A stretch of 28,057 bases of DNA from a virus (IMGVR_UViG_3300012667_000118:1-28057); one strand, 5' to 3'; shown: positions 16,782 through 26,043, counted from the stretch's first letter. The notes: generated by a model from the letters alone, not told the origin. Translations and numbers: made by a program.

Positions 16782-16787
16782 TATTTA
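16782..16787 (-). promoter_or_regulatory. TAAATA promoter core for the fibre operon
   Basis: CTTAAATATG followed by hairpin TAGCAAG...CTTGCTA (16749-16770) and RBS. Confidence 0.7.
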
Positions 16788-16814
16788 AGTTATGTAAAGA
16801 TAAACAGTGAGTTA

Positions 16815-16997
16815 TCACCATTTTCCGAGTGGGCAAGATGCAATCGGAATTAAAGTTTTAAGTTGTAGATTGCATCCGCATTGATTACAAATATCTTTTT
16901 TCTCATTAAATTTAGGACATTCGACACAGATCCGCATACGCTCCATAGCCTGCGGACTGTCGATTACTTTTTTTAAAAAGATTTCAAATAAATTCAT
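16815..16997 (-). CDS. Small Cys-rich protein (DUF6171-like)
   Basis: R..IC..C...C..CGC....K......CPLGKW. Confidence 0.7.
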   Translation of the reverse strand: MNLFEIFLKKVIDSPQAMERMRICVECPKFNEKKDICNQCGCNLQLKTLIPIASCPLGKW

Positions 16998-16998
16998 A

Positions 16999-19900
16999 TT
17001 ATGTAATTATAGGAGAAGTTGTAAATCGAATAATATTAATATCAGTTATTGCTGGCACAGTGCCAGTAACTGCACGACTATCCATAACAAAATCTTCACT
17101 GGTTAAAACATAATAAGTAGTCGAAGGATCAAAATTATAAGTTGGATTTATAATTAATGAATTTCCACTAATGACTAATAGATTTAATGTTTTATCTCTT
17201 GTATAATTTGTATCACCTTTAATTTCTTGAATTAACGTTCCTGAGGCATTATAGATACTAATAGTGCTACCTTCTACTCCTAATAATGGAGGAAAGTTAA
17301 AGTTTAATGTTATAGAACTATTAACATTAGTAGAAGTCGTATCTGGAGTCACAGTAAAAGATTGATATGCAAATGGAGTAGATACATCTGGAGTTACCGT
17401 TTCCATTGTAAACAAATTATTTGAAGAATATGGCAATTGAGCACTAGATCCTGATAACTGAAATGTAAAACAATCTTGTTCTATTTTATAACTAAAAATT
17501 CCAGCATCTGCTGTAATATAATATTGTTTTCCATCATTTGTTATTCCATAATCTCCAAGTTTTCCAAAAGTTAATAATCCAGATCCGGCCCTGCCTAATA
17601 CATATCCTCCTTGACCACCAGGATTACCTGTTTCTGTAGGTCGTCCAACAATCCCAGTGAATGTTCCAGAAGATGCTGGAATAGTAGCAACTACATTATT
17701 ACTTGGATATTCATTAATTCTAATATTTCCAGAACCTGTTGCATTAAATCCTTTAGTAGAAAGATCTGCTGCTCGAATAGATAATGTTATATTTGTATTT
17801 GTAGTTTGAGTTCCGAATGATGGAGTTGCTGCCATATACGTTACTCCCATTGTAGCAGTCGTAGAATATGTTGCAGTAGATGTCACTGAATAAGTTGATG
17901 TAGTTGCAATTGATTCAGTTTTAAAATTCCACGGAGTTGTAAATGGAGTAAGTGTTTTAGATAAATCTGCTCTATATTTGTTACAATATGTTACAAATCC
18001 TCGATCTGCAATAATATAATAGTCAGTGCCAGGTTCTCTAGGAAAAAATGGAATTTCGATATAATCATTATTAATAATTAATTCGGAAACATTTAATGTT
18101 TGAACTAATGTTCCATTAGATCTGTATAAAGAAATAGTTCCTTCTCCAGATTGAAATGGTCCGTATAATTTAATAGGAACAAAACCGCTTCCGGTATATA
18201 TATTTTGTGTATTAAATTTTATAAAATACGATCCGATAGTATATGCACCTATTGAATTATCAGTAGGTAAAAATGAATCTATTGATAGATATTGATCATA
18301 ATATGTAAAAATCTGATCAATACTATCATAAGTTCTTTCATTGGGGAATGTTAAAAATAACGATACGGCTCCGGTATCTGTTGGGACTTGTGGAGTTTTA
18401 ACAGTAATATAATCTTGAGTCACTGTAATAATTGTTGCAGTATAACCTCCCATTTTTACTGATACTATATCTTGTAAAAAATTACCAAAAATTGTTGCAG
18501 TAGTTCCTCCTCCTGTTGGTCCAGTGTTTGGGTAGATACTGCTAATAACTTTAGTTCTTGGAGCATTGCCACCTGCAACTTGCGAATTAATAATAACATC
18601 AATTAACGGTCCATTATTTTCAACACGAACTGAATCGCCAATAAAGTTTAATGTAGAAGTAACTGTTGTTAATTCAATTCCTTCATCTTGAATTGCAATT
18701 TGTGCATTTCCTGAAACAACTAATGTTCCTTCCTTAGCCTGGCCTGCTAGATCGATCCCTGTAAGATCTTTAAATGTTTCATTCCAACTTTCAAAAAAAC
18801 TGCCAGTGCTAAAGACCTTTTGATAAATTCCATCAACGCCTTTAAGCAAATCAACAACTGCTAATGCAGTAACAATATTGCCTAATGCATCAACTGATTG
18901 TGTATTGGGACCAATAGCCTGTGTGACCTGTGTTGGGTTAAAATTAGTGAATCCACTTACTGCACTGTATGGTCCAGTTGTGGCACTGTTCTTACCGCGT
19001 GTTTTAATAACAAAGTCACTTGCACTTAGGTTGTCGTATTCTAAACGAACTGGATCGCTTGATGCAAAGATACCACCGTTGATCGGCTTAACTTCGCCCA
19101 ATATACGATATGTTCTGTTGTCTTCGGTCAGTTGCACATCATTGCTGATCCAAAACTCCATAACTTCAACAACACCAGTTGGTGCTAATGATTCTACTAA
19201 GATACCTGGACGTGCATCAATTTCAAATTTAGTGACTTGTGGAGTGCCCGGAATGCCAATGCTGCCAATAGTGATAATGCCAGTTTCATCTGTGCGAGTA
19301 TAACGATACAAATCAGTTGTGGAGTAAATGCTGGCATTATATTCTAACGCTGAAATCTCCATTAACAATGCTCCGTCATCTTCTTGCACTTCGGTAATAG
19401 TTATGATACGGAATACTTTGTTGTTAAAGTTAAAGCGGCTGTTGGTCACTGTGACTAAGTCACCTGCTTTCAAGTTGATATAACTGTAGTCTGTTCTAAA
19501 GTTGATAACGAGATCAATACGGCTTTGCTTTAACTCCATAAAGCCCAGTAACTGTGCCTGCACTGGTTCGTTCAGCACATCGTAACTGAGATCTAAACTG
19601 TTGTCAAATTCATTTGAATTGCGATCACCGCTGGGTATTTCAATAGTAACAAAGTCCGGATTATCACGCAAATCTCTGTGTGGGAATTGCACATTGGTGC
19701 TGTTGTATAAGTCATACAGTCCGGTACCATTAATGCCAATAGATCCGATAATGTTGCTGTCATTAAAACTTGCAATGCTTGTGCCAGTTTGGTTGATTAC
19801 AACACCCCATTTGCCTTCGTGTGTGTCATAACTAAGCCACGAACCTGCGGCACTGCAAAGACGGTCAATATTGCTTAAAACTGTGTTTTTTGTGTCAATT

Positions 19901-20010
19901 AATCCGTTAATTTGATATCTATTTGCTAAAATTTGACCGATTCCTGCCGTCTCATCAGTAAAGGTAACTGTGCCAGTTGAATAGGAGTTAAGTTGTGCTA
20001 ATGTCTTCAT
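16999..20010 (-). CDS. Central tail-tip protein (gpJ-like C-terminal part) with IPT/TIG and Ig-like domains
   Basis: RYQINGLIDT, GDLVTVT...VFRI..I.E and EYNASIY motifs; ISSIYPNTGPTGGGT IPT/TIG; LIINP.......TTYYVL Ig-like. Confidence 0.75.
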   Translation of the reverse strand: MKTLAQLNSYSTGTVTFTDETAGIGQILANRYQINGLIDTKNTVLSNIDRLCSAAGSWLSYDTHEGKWGVVINQTGTSIASFNDSNIIGSIGINGTGLYDLYNSTNVQFPHRDLRDNPDFVTIEIPSGDRNSNEFDNSLDLSYDVLNEPVQAQLLGFMELKQSRIDLVINFRTDYSYINLKAGDLVTVTNSRFNFNNKVFRIITITEVQEDDGALLMEISALEYNASIYSTTDLYRYTRTDETGIITIGSIGIPGTPQVTKFEIDARPGILVESLAPTGVVEVMEFWISNDVQLTEDNRTYRILGEVKPINGGIFASSDPVRLEYDNLSASDFVIKTRGKNSATTGPYSAVSGFTNFNPTQVTQAIGPNTQSVDALGNIVTALAVVDLLKGVDGIYQKVFSTGSFFESWNETFKDLTGIDLAGQAKEGTLVVSGNAQIAIQDEGIELTTVTSTLNFIGDSVRVENNGPLIDVIINSQVAGGNAPRTKVISSIYPNTGPTGGGTTATIFGNFLQDIVSVKMGGYTATIITVTQDYITVKTPQVPTDTGAVSLFLTFPNERTYDSIDQIFTYYDQYLSIDSFLPTDNSIGAYTIGSYFIKFNTQNIYTGSGFVPIKLYGPFQSGEGTISLYRSNGTLVQTLNVSELIINNDYIEIPFFPREPGTDYYIIADRGFVTYCNKYRADLSKTLTPFTTPWNFKTESIATTSTYSVTSTATYSTTATMGVTYMAATPSFGTQTTNTNITLSIRAADLSTKGFNATGSGNIRINEYPSNNVVATIPASSGTFTGIVGRPTETGNPGGQGGYVLGRAGSGLLTFGKLGDYGITNDGKQYYITADAGIFSYKIEQDCFTFQLSGSSAQLPYSSNNLFTMETVTPDVSTPFAYQSFTVTPDTTSTNVNSSITLNFNFPPLLGVEGSTISIYNASGTLIQEIKGDTNYTRDKTLNLLVISGNSLIINPTYNFDPSTTYYVLTSEDFVMDSRAVTGTVPAITDINIIRFTTSPIIT

Positions 20011-20762
20011 TGTGATAAAATCTCCGCTGCTGGAATACCCGCTCCATATCGTTCGTTGGTCATATAATCATACAAGCAATCACCGGGTAGTTTCATTGTA
20101 TTGTCTATGTGGAACAACATATTGGCTAACCCAGTGACGTTCTTGTCTTTGTTGTAATTAACTTCTACAACTGCAAACACTAGGTCATCCATTGTGTGAG
20201 TTGTTGATGTCCAACCTGGAATAATGCTGTAGGCTGCTGTGGTGTTGGGTGTTGTGTAGTTTTCAACAGTTGCTGGTGTTGCACTGGAGCCTTTGTAGCA
20301 CCATACTTTGACCAAGTCCTTGATGCTGCGATCAATTGTGCCATTGCGATCCAATGTATATTGTGCAGTAATGCCATCATCCGCAAATACAATGCGTTGA
20401 TCATTCCAGTAGATGTCTTTAAATGTAAAATCACTGGCTTGATTGTCACTGAGTTTAGTGCCTGTCTTTTCGCAAAGTGTCAAGCAATAGTGCATTCGTT
20501 TGTTGCTGTTGCTCATAACAGCATCGGTAATGTTGCCCCCAAAGTAAGCAGCACCATACAGCACTGGAATCTTAGTATCAGTGTTTGGAGCAATTTGTAG
20601 TCGCACACCATAATCAGTTTGCTGTGCGTCCTTGTCCTTTTCAATACTTTTGGAGATGCGTGTGACCACATATCCAATAGCCACAGTTTTAAGCAGTGCG
20701 GCACCAGTGCTGCTGCCACTTATCCACGAGCCGAATGTCTTTAAATTGTCTAAAAAACTCAT
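20007..20762 (-). CDS. Tail-tip protein (gpJ-like N-terminal part)
   Basis: IPVLYG and PGDCLYDYMTNERYGAG motifs. Confidence 0.7.
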   Translation of the reverse strand: MSFLDNLKTFGSWISGSSTGAALLKTVAIGYVVTRISKSIEKDKDAQQTDYGVRLQIAPNTDTKIPVLYGAAYFGGNITDAVMSNSNKRMHYCLTLCEKTGTKLSDNQASDFTFKDIYWNDQRIVFADDGITAQYTLDRNGTIDRSIKDLVKVWCYKGSSATPATVENYTTPNTTAAYSIIPGWTSTTHTMDDLVFAVVEVNYNKDKNVTGLANMLFHIDNTMKLPGDCLYDYMTNERYGAGIPAAEILSQ

Positions 20763-21337
20763 ACTGGATATCCAAAGTTAAAGTTACTCTTTGCGAGACT
20801 TGGAACTCTGTCCATTGATTGATCGTTGGGATAAAATGTCTTTTGATCAATTGGGTTTGTTCTACGGCCCGAAACTTTCTTGGTTAACATATCAACTACG
20901 CTTGTGGCAGTCATTGTTAATGTAATTGTTCCAGTATCTGAACCCATCTCTAAATCGTCTGATATGTCAAAATTATTGACTACCCCTTGAAACTTGCCCG
21001 CGGGGTTACCTACGATATTTAATAGTTCCCCCGTAATAGGGTTGAAAAAGGCACGATAAACCTTCAAACTGGATCCTTTGATCTTGTTGTTGAGTATGTC
21101 GTTGATGTTTAATGGTGAGATGCCCGATATGCTCATAGTGAGTTCTTCGGAAGTGGCACGCAAGTTATTGGTAGTGTTGCTCATTGACAACAACTGTCCC
21201 AATCCACTGTATGTTGTTCCCCCAAAAGTCAATGACTTGTGATAGTCACTGAATGTCAACACTTGATAACTGGGTATGTCTAAACGCACAAACAAGTTGG
21301 TCTGTATTTGATCATATGCGGATAAGTCCAACGCCAT
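20759..21337 (-). CDS. Tail-tip/hub protein (minor tail L-like)
   Basis: Y.GLGQLL...L.ISGI...GRRTN..DQ...YPND pattern; likely start ATG 21337 (TAATG overlap). Confidence 0.7.
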   Translation of the reverse strand: MALDLSAYDQIQTNLFVRLDIPSYQVLTFSDYHKSLTFGGTTYSGLGQLLSMSNTTNNLRATSEELTMSISGISPLNINDILNNKIKGSSLKVYRAFFNPITGELLNIVGNPAGKFQGVVNNFDISDDLEMGSDTGTITLTMTATSVVDMLTKKVSGRRTNPIDQKTFYPNDQSMDRVPSLAKSNFNFGYPV

Positions 21338-21948
21338 TATAGTGCCTCCTGAAACACAAATGCTCCATCCCACTGCACTTGATCACGGGCGAAAATTGTC
21401 CAGTTGGGGAACTCAACACAAATGACATTCCAAATAACTGATTGCCCCACTCGCAATACATAACTGCCAGCAGCCTCTCTAACGGGTCTATGCAGTGTGA
21501 TCAAGTTCTCATTAAAAGGAACATCATTGACCACAGTATAAACACCAGCAGTGCCCAACTGAATAAAGTCACCTGAACGAAAGCGGAATCCTGATGACAG
21601 TGTAGCACCACTAGAGATAGTGACTGTGTTGCCACTTGTAAAATTTACACCGATGGCCGATACATTGGTCAAGTTGCCTTGATAGCCACTTAGCCAAGTT
21701 AAGTTTGGATGATTGATTTGAACTTGGCCCACAGTGACTTTATCCAATGCTTCCATACGCTCAATTAATGGGCGATATACTGACCATTTGGGCCCACTCG
21801 GTGGCACCACAGTAAATTGCCAAGCCTGTCCGCCTAGGCTGGTGCTTTTAACAGTGCCATCACGGGCGATAGTCTGTGCCACATTCTTACGCTTACTAAT
21901 TGAAATACTTTCGGCGTTGTCAAATACAGTTTGAAATGCTGTAGTCAT
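21337..21948 (-). CDS. Distal tail (Dit-like) protein
   Basis: Directly after tape measure; GDFIQ and F.EAL C-terminus. Confidence 0.65.
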   Translation of the reverse strand: MTTAFQTVFDNAESISISKRKNVAQTIARDGTVKSTSLGGQAWQFTVVPPSGPKWSVYRPLIERMEALDKVTVGQVQINHPNLTWLSGYQGNLTNVSAIGVNFTSGNTVTISSGATLSSGFRFRSGDFIQLGTAGVYTVVNDVPFNENLITLHRPVREAAGSYVLRVGQSVIWNVICVEFPNWTIFARDQVQWDGAFVFQEAL

Positions 21949-21951
21949 TGC

Positions 21952-24438
21952 TTATCTCCTTGTTCCCGGGATTGACTTCCCACCTTGTGTTGCGACTGCG
22001 TGGATAAAACCTGGATCCTTTGCAATCATCTGTTTGAAACTCAATGCATCAACTGCATTGATATTGTATGTTACATTTCCGCCACCTAATGCTGAGTTTG
22101 GAATTACTGTGCCACTGCTGCTTGGGATAACCAATTCTGGACCGCGCTCTCCAACAACGTAGGGATTGCCTGCAGAGATAGGACCACCATTTGCACGGAA
22201 GCCAAGTATGCCACCTAGACTGCTTAATGCACCTAAGATAACACTGCCACCGGAACTCTTACCGCCCATCATACTGGCAAACAATTGACGGATTTGACTG
22301 CGTAATAGATCTTCAGCCATAGTGGCCAACATATCTTTCCAAGCAAACTTACCTGTCTTAGCAAGTCCAACAAGTGCATCTTCCATACTTTGTGTTGCCA
22401 CTTTGAAGATATTCTGTGCTGCCATTGCTGCATTGGTTGCATTGTCCACATACTCGTTGAATGCATCTTTCCAGCCTTGATTCCAAGTTCTGGTCTTCAT
22501 CATATTAGCAACTTGTGTATCCGAAACAAGTTTATAACGGGCTGCAATATCTTCCAAGCCTTTGGTTAATTCAGCAGCCTGGGTGGTTGTTAAATCCATT
22601 CCGTCAAATTGTGCTGCAAATGCACGACCTGCTTCTAATGCACCTTTACGGTTGTCTTCACGGATCTGTGCAATCTTCTTCTGTAATGGATCTAATCCCA
22701 TTAGGCTATCTTCAAACTTAGCATCAACTAATTTGTCACTAATACCACGAAGTGTATCCGACAGACTTACTTGACGATCAAATTGTTTAGTAATTAATTC
22801 AAGATTAGTTAAACGATCTTTTTCTTTGGCCTTTGCAACTTCTTCTAAATTAATGATTTGTGTAACACGATCAAGTTGTTGTTGATATTGTTTATCAATA
22901 CCTTTCATTGTAGAACCAAAGACTGCTGCAAATGCTGCAAATGCTGCCTTTTCTTCAGCGGTACCAACTGCTGCTGCTTTTTGCAAATCAGTATATTTGG
23001 TTTGAAGATCATTCTTCTTATTCATCCAAGCAGTTTCAACATCGGCTAATTTGCTTTGACGATTGGCTTGATCTTCTGTGAGTCCAATACTCATCATTTG
23101 TAGTGCAAGCGTTCTTGCACCCATAATGTTTTCTTGTTCGTAACCTCTTAAGATTTTATCTTGTTCAAGTCGTTGACCACGCTGTGCATCGATAATTGCT
23201 TGTTTAGCAGCAGCATTTTTTTTATCTTGTTCAGCAGCCTTGGCACGATTTGCTATTCTTGCTAAATCATTCGAATTTTCTTCATCTGATAAGAATAAGG
23301 GTTTATCTTTTGCCTTTAATCCTAAATATGCTCTTGCTTTGTCATAAAGTTCTCCAACTTTACCAATAACCCAATCTAATGTATCAAATCCGGTTAGAAT
23401 TTTAATAACATAGTTAAATGCTTCGGCTACGGTATAGATTAATCCTACTATTCCTGCAAATTTAGCAATAAATCCAATTACACCACTTAAAGCAATTGCT
23501 AACCCACCTGTTGCAGATGCAACTCCTTTAACTCCAATAGCAGCCAATACTGCACCTGTTGCAAATTCGCCGATACCAATGCCAATTAATCTTAAAAATC
23601 CCCATAGATCTTTGAATATATTAATAACTGGTGCAAACAATCTTAATAATAATCCGCCAGTTGTTGCTGCTGCAACTCCCATATCACCAATAGCAAGTGC
23701 TACCGCAGTAATAGGAGCAATGATATATTTGAAGAATACAAATGCTCCTGCAATTAATGCACCTAATTTAATTAGATTTTCAAATTGAGTAACAGTGACA
23801 TTTAAACTTTTTGCAATATCATTTAACGGCTTGATAACATTAAGCAATGCTTCTCTAAGATTTCCAAATTGAGTGTTTAAGTTTCGTTGTGCTGCGGCAG
23901 CACTTTCAATAGCGGCAGTATTCACTGTTACACCGCCCATAGTTCTGGCTACATCACGAATATCGATATCTTTGAAACTACGGCCAAGCATTTGAACAGC
24001 CAAACTGTTACGCTCACTTGAATCACCGATAGCAGCAATACCTTGAACTGTTTTCTTGAATAGATCTTCATTGCTTAATTTGCCGAGATCGCTTAATGTA
24101 ATACCAACTTTGGCCAAATCAATTTGAGCGCTTGCTGAACCTTTTTTAGCAGCATCTAAGCCTGCTACAAAGTCAATAACATCTCCGGAGGCTTTGCCTG
24201 CATCTCCGCCCAGTTTACCTACAGCCTTACTGAAACTGCTAACAGTGCCGATGCTAACTTCACTGGCTTTAGCAGCGTTTGATAATTCCAATGCAAATGC
24301 GTTAACCTGCTGAATGGCTGCACCTAATCCCAGTCCCAACAGTTGACTTTTAAGTCCGTCAAATGCTGAACTAAGTTTGGCTAAACTTCTTTCTGCTTGT
24401 GTAGTGTCGGCGGTTATTCTTAATGATGTATCTGCCAT
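21952..24438 (-). CDS. Tape measure protein
   Basis: 828 aa, Ala/Leu-rich helical, hydrophobic central segment, C-terminal RANGGP.....Y.VGERGPEL..P. Confidence 0.92.
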   Translation of the reverse strand: MADTSLRITADTTQAERSLAKLSSAFDGLKSQLLGLGLGAAIQQVNAFALELSNAAKASEVSIGTVSSFSKAVGKLGGDAGKASGDVIDFVAGLDAAKKGSASAQIDLAKVGITLSDLGKLSNEDLFKKTVQGIAAIGDSSERNSLAVQMLGRSFKDIDIRDVARTMGGVTVNTAAIESAAAAQRNLNTQFGNLREALLNVIKPLNDIAKSLNVTVTQFENLIKLGALIAGAFVFFKYIIAPITAVALAIGDMGVAAATTGGLLLRLFAPVINIFKDLWGFLRLIGIGIGEFATGAVLAAIGVKGVASATGGLAIALSGVIGFIAKFAGIVGLIYTVAEAFNYVIKILTGFDTLDWVIGKVGELYDKARAYLGLKAKDKPLFLSDEENSNDLARIANRAKAAEQDKKNAAAKQAIIDAQRGQRLEQDKILRGYEQENIMGARTLALQMMSIGLTEDQANRQSKLADVETAWMNKKNDLQTKYTDLQKAAAVGTAEEKAAFAAFAAVFGSTMKGIDKQYQQQLDRVTQIINLEEVAKAKEKDRLTNLELITKQFDRQVSLSDTLRGISDKLVDAKFEDSLMGLDPLQKKIAQIREDNRKGALEAGRAFAAQFDGMDLTTTQAAELTKGLEDIAARYKLVSDTQVANMMKTRTWNQGWKDAFNEYVDNATNAAMAAQNIFKVATQSMEDALVGLAKTGKFAWKDMLATMAEDLLRSQIRQLFASMMGGKSSGGSVILGALSSLGGILGFRANGGPISAGNPYVVGERGPELVIPSSSGTVIPNSALGGGNVTYNINAVDALSFKQMIAKDPGFIHAVATQGGKSIPGTRR

Positions 24439-24439
24439 A

Positions 24440-24778
24440 TTATTTCCTCGATATTTTCTGTATTTGTTTTGCTAACCACTGCTTAAATGGTTCAATCATA
24501 CCCTTAGGTGCTTGTCGACTCCAACCTTCATCTAATCTAACTGCATATGGATAGTTGGCTTCGATAGTGTCATTGTTAACCAGTTTGGTGCTACGGCGTG
24601 CGTTACCTGGAACATAATTCTTAGGTGGTGGACTTTTCCAAGTTTCGGGCTTACCTATCGGAGTAAGTGTCTTGAATTCAATAAGTGCATTAGTGGGTAG
24701 CATTTGCAATTGACGACGTTGCCTTTTAAGCAATTCTTCCACTTTAACATTATTGACTTTTACATCGAGTTTGATCAT
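24440..24778 (-). CDS. HK97 gp10-like tail completion protein
   Basis: TP...GNARRS...YA.RL..GWS.QAP.GM motif. Confidence 0.75.
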   Translation of the reverse strand: MIKLDVKVNNVKVEELLKRQRRQLQMLPTNALIEFKTLTPIGKPETWKSPPPKNYVPGNARRSTKLVNNDTIEANYPYAVRLDEGWSRQAPKGMIEPFKQWLAKQIQKISRK

Positions 24779-25041
24779 TTCTGTTGTTCCTTTACACGTT
24801 GAACCATTGCCAACATTTCTGCTTGTGTAAGATCTTTCTTAGCGGGAGTCTTACCATTTGCTTTTTCGTGTTGATAGTTTGACCATCGTGCTCCAACATC
24901 CAATACATAAAGATCAAATGTTGAGGAACGAGCGAGTGCTTCACTGGGTAAGCAATGATATCTTGCTGCGAGGTTGTCTAAAGTTAGAATCATTTTGATT
25001 TCACTACTTTCCCAGTCCGGAGTCTCGCCTATTACTTTCCC
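24775..25041 (-). CDS. Tail assembly chaperone, frameshifted (GT-like) extension
   Basis: The -1 frame from GGGAAAG is open (VIGETPDWESSEIK) into MILTLDNLAARYHCLPSE. Confidence 0.8.
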   Translation of the reverse strand, partial: GKVIGETPDWESSEIKMILTLDNLAARYHCLPSEALARSSTFDLYVLDVGARWSNYQHEKANGKTPAKKDLTQAEMLAMVQRVKEQQK

Positions 25042-25328
25042 AATGTTTCAGTAATCTTGGCGATTGCTGCAAGCAATAGGTTAGTAGGTAGCATTTCTTC
25101 ACCGATGATGATTTGTTTGCCCTTTTCGTCTAGAATCAATGTGCGAACACTGTCAATAATGTTGCCCACATCGCCGTCCTTGACATTGGCCAATTTCATA
25201 AAGACTTCAAGTGGTTGGCGATCCCAAGTCCAAAATTCTACAGCCTCACCGTATTCTTTTACGATTTCTGCGTCGTCTAGTGTTAGTTTGATTAGTTGCG
25301 GCTTTGCAGCCAATTGTGATAGTTTCAT
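25032..25328 (-). CDS. Tail assembly chaperone (G-like)
   Basis: Between major tail protein and tape measure; ends LGK* on a slippery heptamer. Confidence 0.82.
   Translation of the reverse strand: MKLSQLAAKPQLIKLTLDDAEIVKEYGEAVEFWTWDRQPLEVFMKLANVKDGDVGNIIDSVRTLILDEKGKQIIIGEEMLPTNLLLAAIAKITETLGK
25035..25041 (-). other. Programmed -1 ribosomal frameshift site G GGA AAG
   Basis: Same heptamer as lambda G/GT, correct phase, directly before the stop. Confidence 0.85.
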
Positions 25329-25329
25329 A

Positions 25330-25506
25330 TTATTCTCCTTTAGATCTTTTTAGAATGGTATTGGTTAACATTACCACGAAACTGAGTCTGTTCTTTGCTT
25401 TTTCTAAGTCAGCCTGGGCGCATCTTACTTCATTAGTTGCCTTGGCTGTTTCTGCCAATATACTGCGAAGCAATTCGCTGTCTGATCTTTCGTTAAAAAA
25501 CTCCAT
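25330..25506 (-). CDS. Small helical protein (58 aa)
   Basis: Hand-translated MEFFNERSDSELLRSILAETAKATNEVRCAQADLEKAKNRLSFVVMLTNTILKRSKGE. Confidence 0.7.
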   Translation of the reverse strand: MEFFNERSDSELLRSILAETAKATNEVRCAQADLEKAKNRLSFVVMLTNTILKRSKGE

Positions 25507-25522
25507 AAATCTTCTTCCTGTG

Positions 25523-25528
25523 TATTTA
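25523..25528 (-). promoter_or_regulatory. TAAATA promoter core for the tail operon
   Basis: CTTAAATACAC directly after a terminator. Confidence 0.72.
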
Positions 25529-25533
25529 AGTTT

Positions 25534-25564
25534 AAAAGAAATCAGGGCCCATAAAGCCCTGATT
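25534..25564 (-). terminator. Intrinsic terminator after the major tail gene
   Basis: AATCAGGGC-TTTATGG-GCCCTGATT then TCTTTT. Confidence 0.8.
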
Positions 25565-25581
25565 ATTACGCCATTTGCCTA

Positions 25582-26031
25582 TTAAGCAATTGTGTATTCA
25601 CCCGATACAGTGATAGTGATTGGTGTTACCCAAACTGGACTATCTGCTGAAATCGCTGGTGCCAATCCTGTAACATAGCCAACACCACTGATGGTCTTGC
25701 TACCGAGATTGATACTGAAGCCAACTTGTGTCTTGTCCACAGATAGACCGATAAGGCCTTTCTTTGCGGCACTACCTGTTGCTGCGGCTGCATCACCGAA
25801 GAATGTTGTCAATTCAACCACAATGTTGGAACTGATGCTGTTTGTAGCATTGGTTGCAACTTGCAATTGAGCGCTTTCATTCAACTGGCTCCAAGTAAAG
25901 ACGTTGTTAGCGTTGTTGATTGTTACATCTTGTAGGGTAGGAATGGCTAAAGTGCCAGTGCTTCCTGCAACTGTAAGGCTTAGCGTTGGGTTGTTTACCC
26001 CTGCTGCTGACTGAATAAAGTTTGTTGTCAT
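25582..26031 (-). CDS. Major tail (tube) protein
   Basis: 149 aa, beta/Thr-rich, G.GYVTGLAP.ISAD.PVW...ITITVSG; position. Confidence 0.8.
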   Translation of the reverse strand: MTTNFIQSAAGVNNPTLSLTVAGSTGTLAIPTLQDVTINNANNVFTWSQLNESAQLQVATNATNSISSNIVVELTTFFGDAAAATGSAAKKGLIGLSVDKTQVGFSINLGSKTISGVGYVTGLAPAISADSPVWVTPITITVSGEYTIA

Positions 26032-26043
26032 TTCTTTTTCCTT

